From: Nitrospirota bacterium | GTDB taxonomy: Bacteria > Nitrospirota > Thermodesulfovibrionia > Thermodesulfovibrionales > Dissulfurispiraceae | Direction of reading: 5' to 3' | NCBI GenBank assembly: GCA_040754455.1 | Contig: JBFMCP010000008.1 | Span: 33,483 to 90,330, forward strand | DNA length: 56,848 nt | Part shown: piece after piece, positions 17,720 to 25,832 of the stretch | Layout of the letters: each line of letters opens with the position of its first letter | How positions within the stretch are numbered: position 1 is the first letter of the stretch | Notes under the pieces: generated by a model | What the model saw: the letters and a program-made list of their open reading frames with translations, nothing else | Database searches by the model: none | Told to the model about the DNA's origin: nothing | Program-made: the position numbers and the translations under genes

Positions 17720-18691
17720 ATGCAGCACAAAGTAGTAGGAATCGATGTTGGCTACGGCTATACCAAAATCATCACGGAAGCGGGTAACGGAATGGTTATC
17801 CCGCTGTCTTTCCCAAGTATAGTTGCCACCTATCAGGGTGGTGAAATCGAGATCGATGGGCTCAGGCAGAGCGACCGCCAAGTGGTGCGCGTTGATGGGC
17901 AGATGCTCCTCGTAGGAGAGGCGGCTTTGAAGCATGGCGGGCGCGTGCTGAACGGCAGGGAAAAGGGCTGGATCAGCACAACAGCGTACAAAGCGCTGAT
18001 GCTTCGTGCTCTTTCCATGGCCGAGGCAAATAGCCTCAGCCTGACCATCGTTACGGGGCTCCCGGTGAACTTTTACCGGTCAGACAAGGACAAGCTCGTA
18101 AATATCGTAAGGGAGCTTATAAAGGACTACTGCCTTAACCTCACTGTCAAGGTTATCCCCCAGCCTTTGGGGAGCTTCTTTTCCCTCTTATTCGATGATA
18201 GCGGGAATGTCAAAGAGCCTCACATGGCGGATCAGAAGATCGGCGTCCTGGACATCGGATTCTATACGACAGACCTGCTCACTATCGACGCCCTGGAGGT
18301 TGCCGAAAAGCAGATCGGAAGCTTCGAAAACGGTGTCTCTACGGCTCTGGAGGCGATTGCTAAAGATATCGCGAATATCTATGAGATAAGACCTGACCTC
18401 CACAAAACAGAAGAAGCAGTCAAGAAAGGATTCATCAAGGTGTTCGGCAGCGAGAAAAGCATAAAGGAAATTGCCGAACAGAGATTGCAGGAGCTTGAGC
18501 AGGAGATCGAGGCTCAGGCAAAGACCATCTGGAAGTCCGGCGTGGACCTTGACAGGCTGTTATTGACAGGAGGAGGAGCGGAGCTGCTGAAGCCTTACCT
18601 GAACCTGTACCAGCACGCCACGGTGATCCCCGAAGCACAGAGCGCCAATGCCCTAGGATATTACCGCTACGGACGGAGGGCCGCACAGTGA
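17720..18691 (+). CDS. ParM/StbA family actin-like ATPase
   Basis: GIDVGYGYTK, VTGLP, IPQP, LDIGFYTTD, LTGGGA, ANALG actin-fold motifs. Confidence 0.92.
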   Translation: MQHKVVGIDVGYGYTKIITEAGNGMVIPLSFPSIVATYQGGEIEIDGLRQSDRQVVRVDGQMLLVGEAALKHGGRVLNGREKGWISTTAYKALMLRALSMAEANSLSLTIVTGLPVNFYRSDKDKLVNIVRELIKDYCLNLTVKVIPQPLGSFFSLLFDDSGNVKEPHMADQKIGVLDIGFYTTDLLTIDALEVAEKQIGSFENGVSTALEAIAKDIANIYEIRPDLHKTEEAVKKGFIKVFGSEKSIKEIAEQRLQELEQEIEAQAKTIWKSGVDLDRLLLTGGGAELLKPYLNLYQHATVIPEAQSANALGYYRYGRRAAQ

Positions 18692-19017
18692 GGACGGCGA
18701 TAAAGATCACCCTTAATAGTAGTGTCCCGTTTGATGCGGTGATTCTCGATTATCTGAAAGGCAAAAAGAACAAAGCAGGCCAGCTCAAAATGCTGGCCTA
18801 CAATCAGATCGTATTGACAAAGGTGCAGGCAATTGAGTCGTCTCTTACAAACCCCGACCGTCTCTCTACAGTTCAGGGCTCTGTCGTGGCAGGGAAAAGC
18901 ACTGTGCAAACTGAGGAAGTAAACACACCATCGAAGGATGCAGTACAGCCATCTGAAAAAATGCCCTCAGAGAGAGCGGAAATAACAGCCAAACTGAACA
19001 AGCTACTCAACTTTTAA
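18688..19017 (+). CDS. Putative ParR-like adaptor/DNA-binding protein
   Basis: GTGA-coupled to parM; RHH-like N-terminus, disordered middle, amphipathic C-terminal helix. Confidence 0.6.
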   Translation: MRTAIKITLNSSVPFDAVILDYLKGKKNKAGQLKMLAYNQIVLTKVQAIESSLTNPDRLSTVQGSVVAGKSTVQTEEVNTPSKDAVQPSEKMPSERAEITAKLNKLLNF

Positions 19018-19031
19018 AGGAGAACTACAAT

Positions 19032-20864
19032 ATGAAAAACGATTTAAAGGACCTTCATGAGGTAACCCGCAAGGACCAGGCGTACAAGGGGTTCGAAAGC
19101 GCTAAGATTGCCGGAAAAATGGCGGCAAAAATGCACCTGTACCTCGGCCTTTTCTTTTTCTTTGTGCAGATGTTTATTGCCTTCATTCTCAGTGTGATCA
19201 GCTACGGCAGGGCGTGGAGCGCTGTTTTCCGGTACGTATATAGTGCCATTGTGAGCCTCTCATGGCCGGACGCGCTGAGCATTGGTATGAAATGGCTGGC
19301 ATGGCGCTCAATCGGCCTCTTTCTCGTGTCCTCTCTCATTTGGCTCCTCTATCCATCCGCACTGCGGTATTTCCGCAAGAGAGCGGCCAAACAGAGCGAG
19401 CCTCAGTACGTGCGAGGTGCGAAATTAATCACTATTGAGGAGCTGAGCAGGGAAATTACCAAATCCGGCGAGCAGGCGGATCTTCCTCTCGGGGAAATTA
19501 GAATGCCCGTGAGCGCAGAACCGAAGCATGGTTTCATCGTGGGTAGGCCGGGAGTAGGCAAGACCGTGGCCCTGTCTCAGATTATCGGCAGATTGTCCGA
19601 GCGGAGGGCAAAGGGCGTGATCTATGATTTCAAGGGTGATTTTGTCAGCAAGTTCTACAACCCGGACCGGGATATTCTTTTTAATCCCCTCGATACCAGG
19701 TGCCAGGGCTGGACACTTTTCAACGAGCTATCTAATTTTATGGATGTGGATGCCGTTGCACATTCGCTGATTCCGCCGGCTTATCAGGCCGACCCTTTCT
19801 TCAATGATGCGGCCAGAGATGTGTTCAGCGGCATTCTCCACTATCTCTATCAGCAGGGAGCAAGAAGTAACGCTGATATCTGGCGTGCAGTAACGGCAGA
19901 CAAAGAGGATATTGCCAAGTGGCTGTCCCAAACCAAGGGCGGGGAGCGGGGCCATAGCTATATCTCCGATGCAAGCTCCAAGCAGGCATTAGGAGTAATA
20001 GCAACTATGATGCAGTACACCAAGGCATTCGAGTATATGAGTAAAAGCGATGGTGACTTCTCGGTCAAGCGCTGGCTTGATAACCCGGAGCCTGGCTTTA
20101 TCTTTGTCACCAATTATTCGGATGTGAAGGATACCCTGAAGCCCATCTTATCCTTGTTTATCGACCTTATGGGCAGAAAGCTTCTTTCTATGAAAGACGA
20201 CCATAACCGGCGTGTCTTTTTCATGCTCGATGAGTTCGGTACCTTACAGCGGTTGTCGACCATTGTGCAACTCCTTACCTTATCGCGCTCGAAGGGAGGG
20301 TCCGTCTGGATCGGCATCCAGGACATCGGACAGATCGACAAGATATACACGCCGCAGCTCCGTCAGTCGATTGTAAATGCATGCGGGAGCAATCTCATTT
20401 TTTCTGTGGCCGATCCTGATACCGCAAAATTCCTGAGCGACAAAATCGGCGATACGGAATATATCGATGTAGAAGAGACCCAGACCATGGGACCAGAGGA
20501 GAACAGGGACGGTATCTCCCTGGTTCGCAGAAAGCGGACGGAGAAACTTGTTCTTCCCAGCGATATTGCCGGCTTGCCGGACCTGACGGCTTACTTGAAG
20601 ATACCGAACTATCACATTGCGCAAACCCGCTTCGAGTACCGCTCCTTCACGGACCGCCATGAGCCTTTCATTATGCGCCCGGACCTCTCCCTCGATGCAA
20701 TCATGGCAGAACAGGCCGCAATCATAGCACAGGCGGCGGCGTTCACTGACGGAGGGAAACAGCAGTCAGGGCAGGTAAAGGCTGACAGGAACGTAGAGAG
20801 AGAGGAAGAACGCGATGAAGGCCGCGAGGCGGAAGATGACCTGTTTTTCGGGAGCGGGAGCTAA
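19032..20864 (+). CDS. Type IV coupling protein (TrwB/TraD-like)
   Basis: N-terminal TM helices, GRPGVGKT Walker A, IYDFKG, FNPLDTR, FMLDEFG Walker B, acidic tail. Confidence 0.93.
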   Translation: MKNDLKDLHEVTRKDQAYKGFESAKIAGKMAAKMHLYLGLFFFFVQMFIAFILSVISYGRAWSAVFRYVYSAIVSLSWPDALSIGMKWLAWRSIGLFLVSSLIWLLYPSALRYFRKRAAKQSEPQYVRGAKLITIEELSREITKSGEQADLPLGEIRMPVSAEPKHGFIVGRPGVGKTVALSQIIGRLSERRAKGVIYDFKGDFVSKFYNPDRDILFNPLDTRCQGWTLFNELSNFMDVDAVAHSLIPPAYQADPFFNDAARDVFSGILHYLYQQGARSNADIWRAVTADKEDIAKWLSQTKGGERGHSYISDASSKQALGVIATMMQYTKAFEYMSKSDGDFSVKRWLDNPEPGFIFVTNYSDVKDTLKPILSLFIDLMGRKLLSMKDDHNRRVFFMLDEFGTLQRLSTIVQLLTLSRSKGGSVWIGIQDIGQIDKIYTPQLRQSIVNACGSNLIFSVADPDTAKFLSDKIGDTEYIDVEETQTMGPEENRDGISLVRRKRTEKLVLPSDIAGLPDLTAYLKIPNYHIAQTRFEYRSFTDRHEPFIMRPDLSLDAIMAEQAAIIAQAAAFTDGGKQQSGQVKADRNVEREEERDEGREAEDDLFFGSGS

Positions 20865-20893
20865 AAAAGTTTTCTCTCTCCTCCCTGAAAAGG

Positions 20894-20923
20894 AAAAAAA
20901 AGGTCGTTGCCAGTGCAAATAAG
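20894..20923 (+). promoter_or_regulatory. Element promoter-like motif class B, copy 4 (degenerate)
   Basis: AAAAAAA-N13-TGCAAATAAG upstream of the cargo genes. Confidence 0.5.
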
Positions 20924-20948
20924 AAATAGGAAATAGAAAGGAGGCTGT

Positions 20949-21305
20949 ATGGACATAATGACGAAATTGGGGAAAGAGCTTTTGGACAAGGGGGCGACGG
21001 CATGCCTCCCGAGAAACTTAACGGACTACTGGCTTGATGTGCTGCTGAGGGATGCTGAGGCCATGGACGCCGGAGAAGTGGGGGAATTGATATTGGCCGT
21101 CGTTATAAGGATTTGCGAGGCGAAGTTTGCGGTAGAAAAAGAGGTGATGATCCCTTACGACGATCTTTTCGAGTACTGCGACTCCTACAAGATAGAGCTC
21201 GCTCTCGAAAAAATCAGCCGGGCCACCGACATCAAATACGAGAAAGCGTCTCTCAATACAATCCTCACCAAGCGTGATGTCAGGGTTTGGAAAGAGAATG
21301 AATAA
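20949..21305 (+). CDS. Hypothetical protein
   Basis: 118 aa ORF with AAGGAGG RBS. Confidence 0.65.
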   Translation: MDIMTKLGKELLDKGATACLPRNLTDYWLDVLLRDAEAMDAGEVGELILAVVIRICEAKFAVEKEVMIPYDDLFEYCDSYKIELALEKISRATDIKYEKASLNTILTKRDVRVWKENE

Positions 21306-21528
21306 CGGAGAATACAAGGAGAGCTTGCGTTGCCCGCGCTGCGAGGGGTTCCTGTTCGACGCATGGTATGCAGCCTTCGGCAGAGACATGGAATTTTATA
21401 AGAATCTGCGTATGAAGAAGTGCATCAACTGTAGTCGCATCTGGCGTATGGTGAAGGATGAAATTCAGGAGTTTCCTGACCGGGAATTCGACGAAAGAAT
21501 AAAGCTGCTGCAAGCAGGAAGGAGGTGA
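21298..21528 (+). CDS. Zinc-ribbon-like small protein
   Basis: CPRC..CINC pair; overlaps the upstream stop. Confidence 0.65.
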   Translation: MNNGEYKESLRCPRCEGFLFDAWYAAFGRDMEFYKNLRMKKCINCSRIWRMVKDEIQEFPDREFDERIKLLQAGRR

Positions 21529-21654
21529 ACAGTAAGGCATGGGAAAGTGCAGGAGCGCAGGACACAGCCCCCGCCAGGGCAGACCTCTTGGAGGTCTGAT
21601 AAGCCGCGCCCTGCACATTTAACATTAACCACTTTATTTAAAAGGAGAATAAAC

Positions 21655-22137
21655 ATGAAAGCAGTAAGCCATATTTTTGAAAGCAACAAAAGTAAAGGAT
21701 GGACCGTAAGAAAGCTCGTACTAGCCCTAATTCTCGCACTGGCTGTGGTCATCGGTGCTCTTACAGCGGCAAATGCAGCAACGGAAGCTGCAACGGAACC
21801 GGACCAAAAAGAAATAAAGTATGCTGCACAGCTGTTACTGCCCGCGAACGTTCCCCCGGCAAAAGCTGCCCGGACTGACTGCGATCTTACCATCGGCTAC
21901 AAGGGAAAGAACCTTCTGGGCCTCGGCAAGGAAAGAGTGGTCAGTGGTAAGGCAATCATATATGCCAATTTGAAAAGCATATCAATTTCCGAAATCGGGG
22001 AAGTCCGGAAAGAGCTCGACAATGCAAGGTACGAGGTAGAAGGCGTTGATCCCGATAGTAATGAAAATTTCCGGTCAATCACAATTTCCTGCCCGCTTAA
22101 GGATGGGCGCCTTTACATGACCGTTGTCAAAAACTAA
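21655..22137 (+). CDS. Exported hypothetical protein
   Basis: AAGGAG RBS; signal peptide ending ANA; two Cys. Confidence 0.7.
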   Translation: MKAVSHIFESNKSKGWTVRKLVLALILALAVVIGALTAANAATEAATEPDQKEIKYAAQLLLPANVPPAKAARTDCDLTIGYKGKNLLGLGKERVVSGKAIIYANLKSISISEIGEVRKELDNARYEVEGVDPDSNENFRSITISCPLKDGRLYMTVVKN

Positions 22138-22143
22138 GAGAAA

Positions 22144-22163
22144 GGGGAGCTTAGGCTCCCCCC
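22144..22163 (+). terminator. GC-rich hairpin between cargo genes
   Basis: GGGGAGC-TTAG-GCTCCCC. Confidence 0.5.
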
Positions 22164-22190
22164 CCAACTAAAACTTACAGGAGATCAAAA

Positions 22191-22550
22191 ATGAAAACAA
22201 ATACTAAATGTGAGAGAAAGGACCGGAGCGGGGCTTTGATAGCAACGGTAGCGTTAGGAGTAATGCTCTTTGTGATGCTGATTGCATTCAGGACATTTGC
22301 CGTTTCAGTCGGGAAGGTGATTTCCTGGTCAACACCGAAGGGCAAAGTTTTTTTCGAAGGCAGTACGCATGACCGGAAAAAGGGTCTTCAATGTCGTGAC
22401 TGCCACTCAAACGTTTTCACGATGAAGAAAGGTATGAATAAAATGACAATGCAAGACATTAACGACGGTAAATTTTGCGGGGCGTGTCACAATGGCAGCA
22501 GAGCCTTTAAAGCAAGTGATCCTGCCAACTGTAGCAGGTGCCATGCTTAA
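22191..22550 (+). CDS. Triheme c7-type cytochrome
   Basis: Signal or TM segment; CRDCH, CGACH, CSRCH; GKFCGACHNG..AF signature. Confidence 0.92.
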   Translation: MKTNTKCERKDRSGALIATVALGVMLFVMLIAFRTFAVSVGKVISWSTPKGKVFFEGSTHDRKKGLQCRDCHSNVFTMKKGMNKMTMQDINDGKFCGACHNGSRAFKASDPANCSRCHA

Positions 22551-22575
22551 GGCCGGAAAGGAGGAATGCAGGATA

Positions 22576-23241
22576 ATGAGAAAGTTCACTGTATTATTGT
22601 TCATAGCTATTTTGCCCTTAATTGTCTCTTGCGCCGGCGTGCCCACCGCGAGAGAGGTCTACGATAGAGTCAATGTAATACAGCCTCTCGTGCATACAAA
22701 TAGTGAAGCGAGGAAAATCATAGGAGGCAGAGAGAAGCTGGAATATGTAAGAAGCCCATATAACTCTGCTGACGACTACCTTCCCAACCACATGAAAATG
22801 CTTAAGATGGATTTCAAATGCGTAAAAACAGGCTCCAGGGAGGGGTGGGAAAGAGAATGGGCCATGAAAAGGGAATGGGCAGAAAAAGGATACAGTCCTA
22901 CCCGCTTATATTCCAGCTTGGACTTAAAGCACGAAATGTTTGTCGAACGTCTCAGCCCTCGTAACTGCTACGCGGACACTTTCGTAAAAAAGGAAACTTA
23001 CTACTTTGGCCCGGACTATACGCCACCCGTAATACAGGTAGAATATATTTTTGATAAACCGGATGACACTAAAAACAGAAAACTGGTGGTGCTCAGGATA
23101 TCAAACTTCATGGGGGAGGCTGTCGATATAAAAGAATCAGAGGAAAAGCTGAAGGCTATGGAGGGGAAGGTCCCCAATGATTTATATGAGAGAGCCTTAA
23201 AGCTTTTATATTTGCCCGATGGCACCTCTACCGCCTACTAA
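22576..23241 (+). CDS. Putative lipoprotein
   Basis: MRK plus hydrophobic core plus IVSC lipobox; AAGGAGG RBS. Confidence 0.75.
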   Translation: MRKFTVLLFIAILPLIVSCAGVPTAREVYDRVNVIQPLVHTNSEARKIIGGREKLEYVRSPYNSADDYLPNHMKMLKMDFKCVKTGSREGWEREWAMKREWAEKGYSPTRLYSSLDLKHEMFVERLSPRNCYADTFVKKETYYFGPDYTPPVIQVEYIFDKPDDTKNRKLVVLRISNFMGEAVDIKESEEKLKAMEGKVPNDLYERALKLLYLPDGTSTAY

Positions 23242-23290
23242 ACATCGGCACCCTCTCCTTGAGAGGGTAACAATCTGCTGACAGAGGAGA

Positions 23291-23974
23291 ATGATGAATA
23301 TTCTTGTTTTCATTCTAATCATATTCGGCTTTACGAGTACTGCTTGTGCTGATGGCTATGACGAAACCATTGCCCAGATAAAGTATATTATCACCGAAAA
23401 GAAAAGCGTTGAAGCTTATGTATCGCAAAGATGCGCATTCGTCAAAGGGGGCCCGCTCTATAATAAGCAAGAAGTCGAGTGGCAAGAGGCTTTCAGCCGC
23501 TCAACGAACTCAAACTTCTCATGTTTCATTGGGAATGGGACCTTCATGGCAGAGGGGAATAAGAGGCTTGATTTCAACAACTGGAAAATTTACAAGTATA
23601 CTTATAATCTTCCGATAGGGCTTGTCCATGAGATTTTCTTTTATGGAGATGAACCCTCAACGTGGAGAATTTCAGACCTGTCAGGTAACTATATAACTCT
23701 TTCCGTCAACAGTCTCATACCCCAAGCATTGTTATTTATTGATGCTAAGTTGCCCATAGTCGCTCAGACAGCACTGAGCCTACTGGGACAAAGAGCTGTC
23801 CAGTTTCAAGGCAACGAACTGATACAGCTCCTCAATGACACCTATAAATTGAGATTTGCCGAGGGGGGAGACTCCATGTTTGCTATCGCTAATTCCCTTT
23901 TGCTTGACCTTAGAGTAAGGGAGATTTTTGTTGAAACAGCTGTAGAAATAATTACAGCTAAAGCAAAACGCTAG
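23291..23974 (+). CDS. Exported hypothetical protein
   Basis: Signal peptide ending ACA; GAGGAG RBS. Confidence 0.7.
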   Translation: MMNILVFILIIFGFTSTACADGYDETIAQIKYIITEKKSVEAYVSQRCAFVKGGPLYNKQEVEWQEAFSRSTNSNFSCFIGNGTFMAEGNKRLDFNNWKIYKYTYNLPIGLVHEIFFYGDEPSTWRISDLSGNYITLSVNSLIPQALLFIDAKLPIVAQTALSLLGQRAVQFQGNELIQLLNDTYKLRFAEGGDSMFAIANSLLLDLRVREIFVETAVEIITAKAKR

Positions 23975-24016
23975 CTGCGTGACAGATGCAGCTCGATTGA
24001 GAAAAGGAGGTAGTGA

Positions 24017-25105
24017 ATGAGCAGGAAATTCCTTATCGCTCTCATCGTGACTTTATTGTTTCCCCATACTATTCCTGTTTACGCCCTGGACACGAGCTTT
24101 GAAACGGGAAAGTCTTCAAAGGAGGACAAGGAAAACAGCCTTTCGATAAAAGGCAATTACGAGAAGAAAGGCAGTAAAGGGAAAAAGACGGGCGAGACCA
24201 CAAGCAAGGGTATAGATAAACAGGATCAGGAGGCGATCAAGTCTATCGGCCAGGCTATGAGTCAGAGCGGAGCAGATGTGACATTGCCGCTTGAGGCTGT
24301 GTTTATGAGCAAAATTGCCGAGCTTGAACGAAATACCGAGCCCTTCTTATCGTGCAGGATCGCTACGAATCCAAAGCTAGGCAGAGACTTTGGCCTATCG
24401 GCAGAGATTCAGCCAGGAGTAATAGAACCCTATAAAGCGGATTACTTGACTAAGGCCGCTCAGAGCAATAACTATATCCGCGACATAGCCGATGAGCAGG
24501 CAATCCGCGCTTACCGCAATTGTCTCGCAAGTTACGGCGCCGTTATCGCTCAATCCTACCTTTACCTTGCCCAGGACCTGGACGATTTAAAGGCCAGTGT
24601 TGGCAGGGATAAGGAGGGCGCTATTACCGTTAACGGCATAGGGTATGATGATTTTATCATCCTTGCCGATGCCGCCCTGAAAAGGGCGTTGAGGGGCCTC
24701 ACGAATGCGACGGTCAAAGGTACTTATGAAAGGGTTATCAATGATAATGCTCCTTGCCAGTTCGACCGCTCTTTGGAAAACATAAAGTGTGGATCGTCTC
24801 TCGTTACATTAGGCTCAATCCCGCAGCTTACTGCATCAGGCGTCAAGATTTATGGTGGTAGTTTCATGGGCTTTCAGGGGAGTTATAAGCTCTCTAAAAG
24901 CTGGTCCTATCAAGATGCCATTGAGAAGCTGAAAACGACCTCTAAATATGCCAAGTTTGCTCAGGAGGTTGCGAAATACACTGAGGCATTAGAGAGTAAG
25001 GGCTTAGCTGCAGATGCAACCTTTGTCAGAAAAAAAGCCTGGGAGATTGCGAAGAGCGGCAAACAGACACTATCACCGGCCAAGCTGATGCCAGGGACGC
25101 ATTGA
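24017..25105 (+). CDS. Exported hypothetical protein with a K/S/E-rich N-terminal region
   Basis: Signal peptide ending VYA; AAGGAGG RBS; four Cys. Confidence 0.75.
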   Translation: MSRKFLIALIVTLLFPHTIPVYALDTSFETGKSSKEDKENSLSIKGNYEKKGSKGKKTGETTSKGIDKQDQEAIKSIGQAMSQSGADVTLPLEAVFMSKIAELERNTEPFLSCRIATNPKLGRDFGLSAEIQPGVIEPYKADYLTKAAQSNNYIRDIADEQAIRAYRNCLASYGAVIAQSYLYLAQDLDDLKASVGRDKEGAITVNGIGYDDFIILADAALKRALRGLTNATVKGTYERVINDNAPCQFDRSLENIKCGSSLVTLGSIPQLTASGVKIYGGSFMGFQGSYKLSKSWSYQDAIEKLKTTSKYAKFAQEVAKYTEALESKGLAADATFVRKKAWEIAKSGKQTLSPAKLMPGTH

Positions 25106-25116
25106 GACGACGAAAC

Positions 25117-25287
25117 ATGATCGATTGTGTAGACATGCTTACAAAGGCACGCATGAAACGGGCCCTTATCAGCGATTATCTCGCCCAAGACCGGGAAAAT
25201 TGCTGCACGCAGGGCATGTTTCTGATCGTCGAGGAGGTTGTGCAAGAGCTGTACGACGTTGAGCGTGTAATAAAAGAAAGATCTTAA
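25117..25287 (+). CDS. Small hypothetical protein
   Basis: 56 aa ORF ending the cargo block, followed by a long hairpin (25312-25366). Confidence 0.45.
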   Translation: MIDCVDMLTKARMKRALISDYLAQDRENCCTQGMFLIVEEVVQELYDVERVIKERS

Positions 25288-25425
25288 TTCAATCTGTGCT
25301 AAATTAAAGAGGCCCTGTGTAGGCCGTAGTCCAATCTGTGGACTCGGTTTCTTGCACAGGGCTTTTGTATAAAGGGCGATATAGGCTATTATAACCCGAT
25401 CTGATCTTGAGCAATCATATATAAT

Positions 25426-25659
25426 CTATACATGACCACGACTAATTGGATAATTGTACTCTTTCCGGTTTTCGCGGCCCCGCTGGTGGTATCGATCCCG
25501 TACCTCTGGCAAATATCTTGTTAAGGTCTCTTCTAAAGCTGCCCTTTTGGACTCTTTACGAGTGGGCAGCCAGGCCGGAGGAGGGCTGCTTGGTCTCGGT
25601 GTAGTGGCCGGAGGCTTTGATAGGCTCTTTGTGGATCCTTCTGTTAAAGCGTTAGCCAT
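25426..25659 (-). CDS. Small ORF divergent from the integrase
   Basis: AGGGAG RBS and TTTACC-N16-TATAAT (extended -10) upstream on the minus strand. Confidence 0.45.
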   Translation of the reverse strand: MANALTEGSTKSLSKPPATTPRPSSPPPAWLPTRKESKRAALEETLTRYLPEVRDRYHQRGRENRKEYNYPISRGHV

Positions 25660-25725
25660 TCTGTTTTCTCCCTGAATTGTTTGCTGTTTTTATTATAGCA
25701 AATAGCGGTCGACGGTAAACAATTT

Positions 25726-25759
25726 TATTGCAGGCACCCCCACCTCCCTATTACATATA
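25726..25759 (+). promoter_or_regulatory. Element promoter-like motif class A, copy 2 (upstream of integrase)
   Basis: TATTGCAGGCACCCCcaCCtCCCTATTAcatata. Confidence 0.7.
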
Positions 25760-25832
25760 TAGGGAGCGAGGCTTGTGTGCTAATATGAAAATAGCATTTT
25801 CAAGCCTTGTGGGTCCCAGGAAAGGAGGTTAA

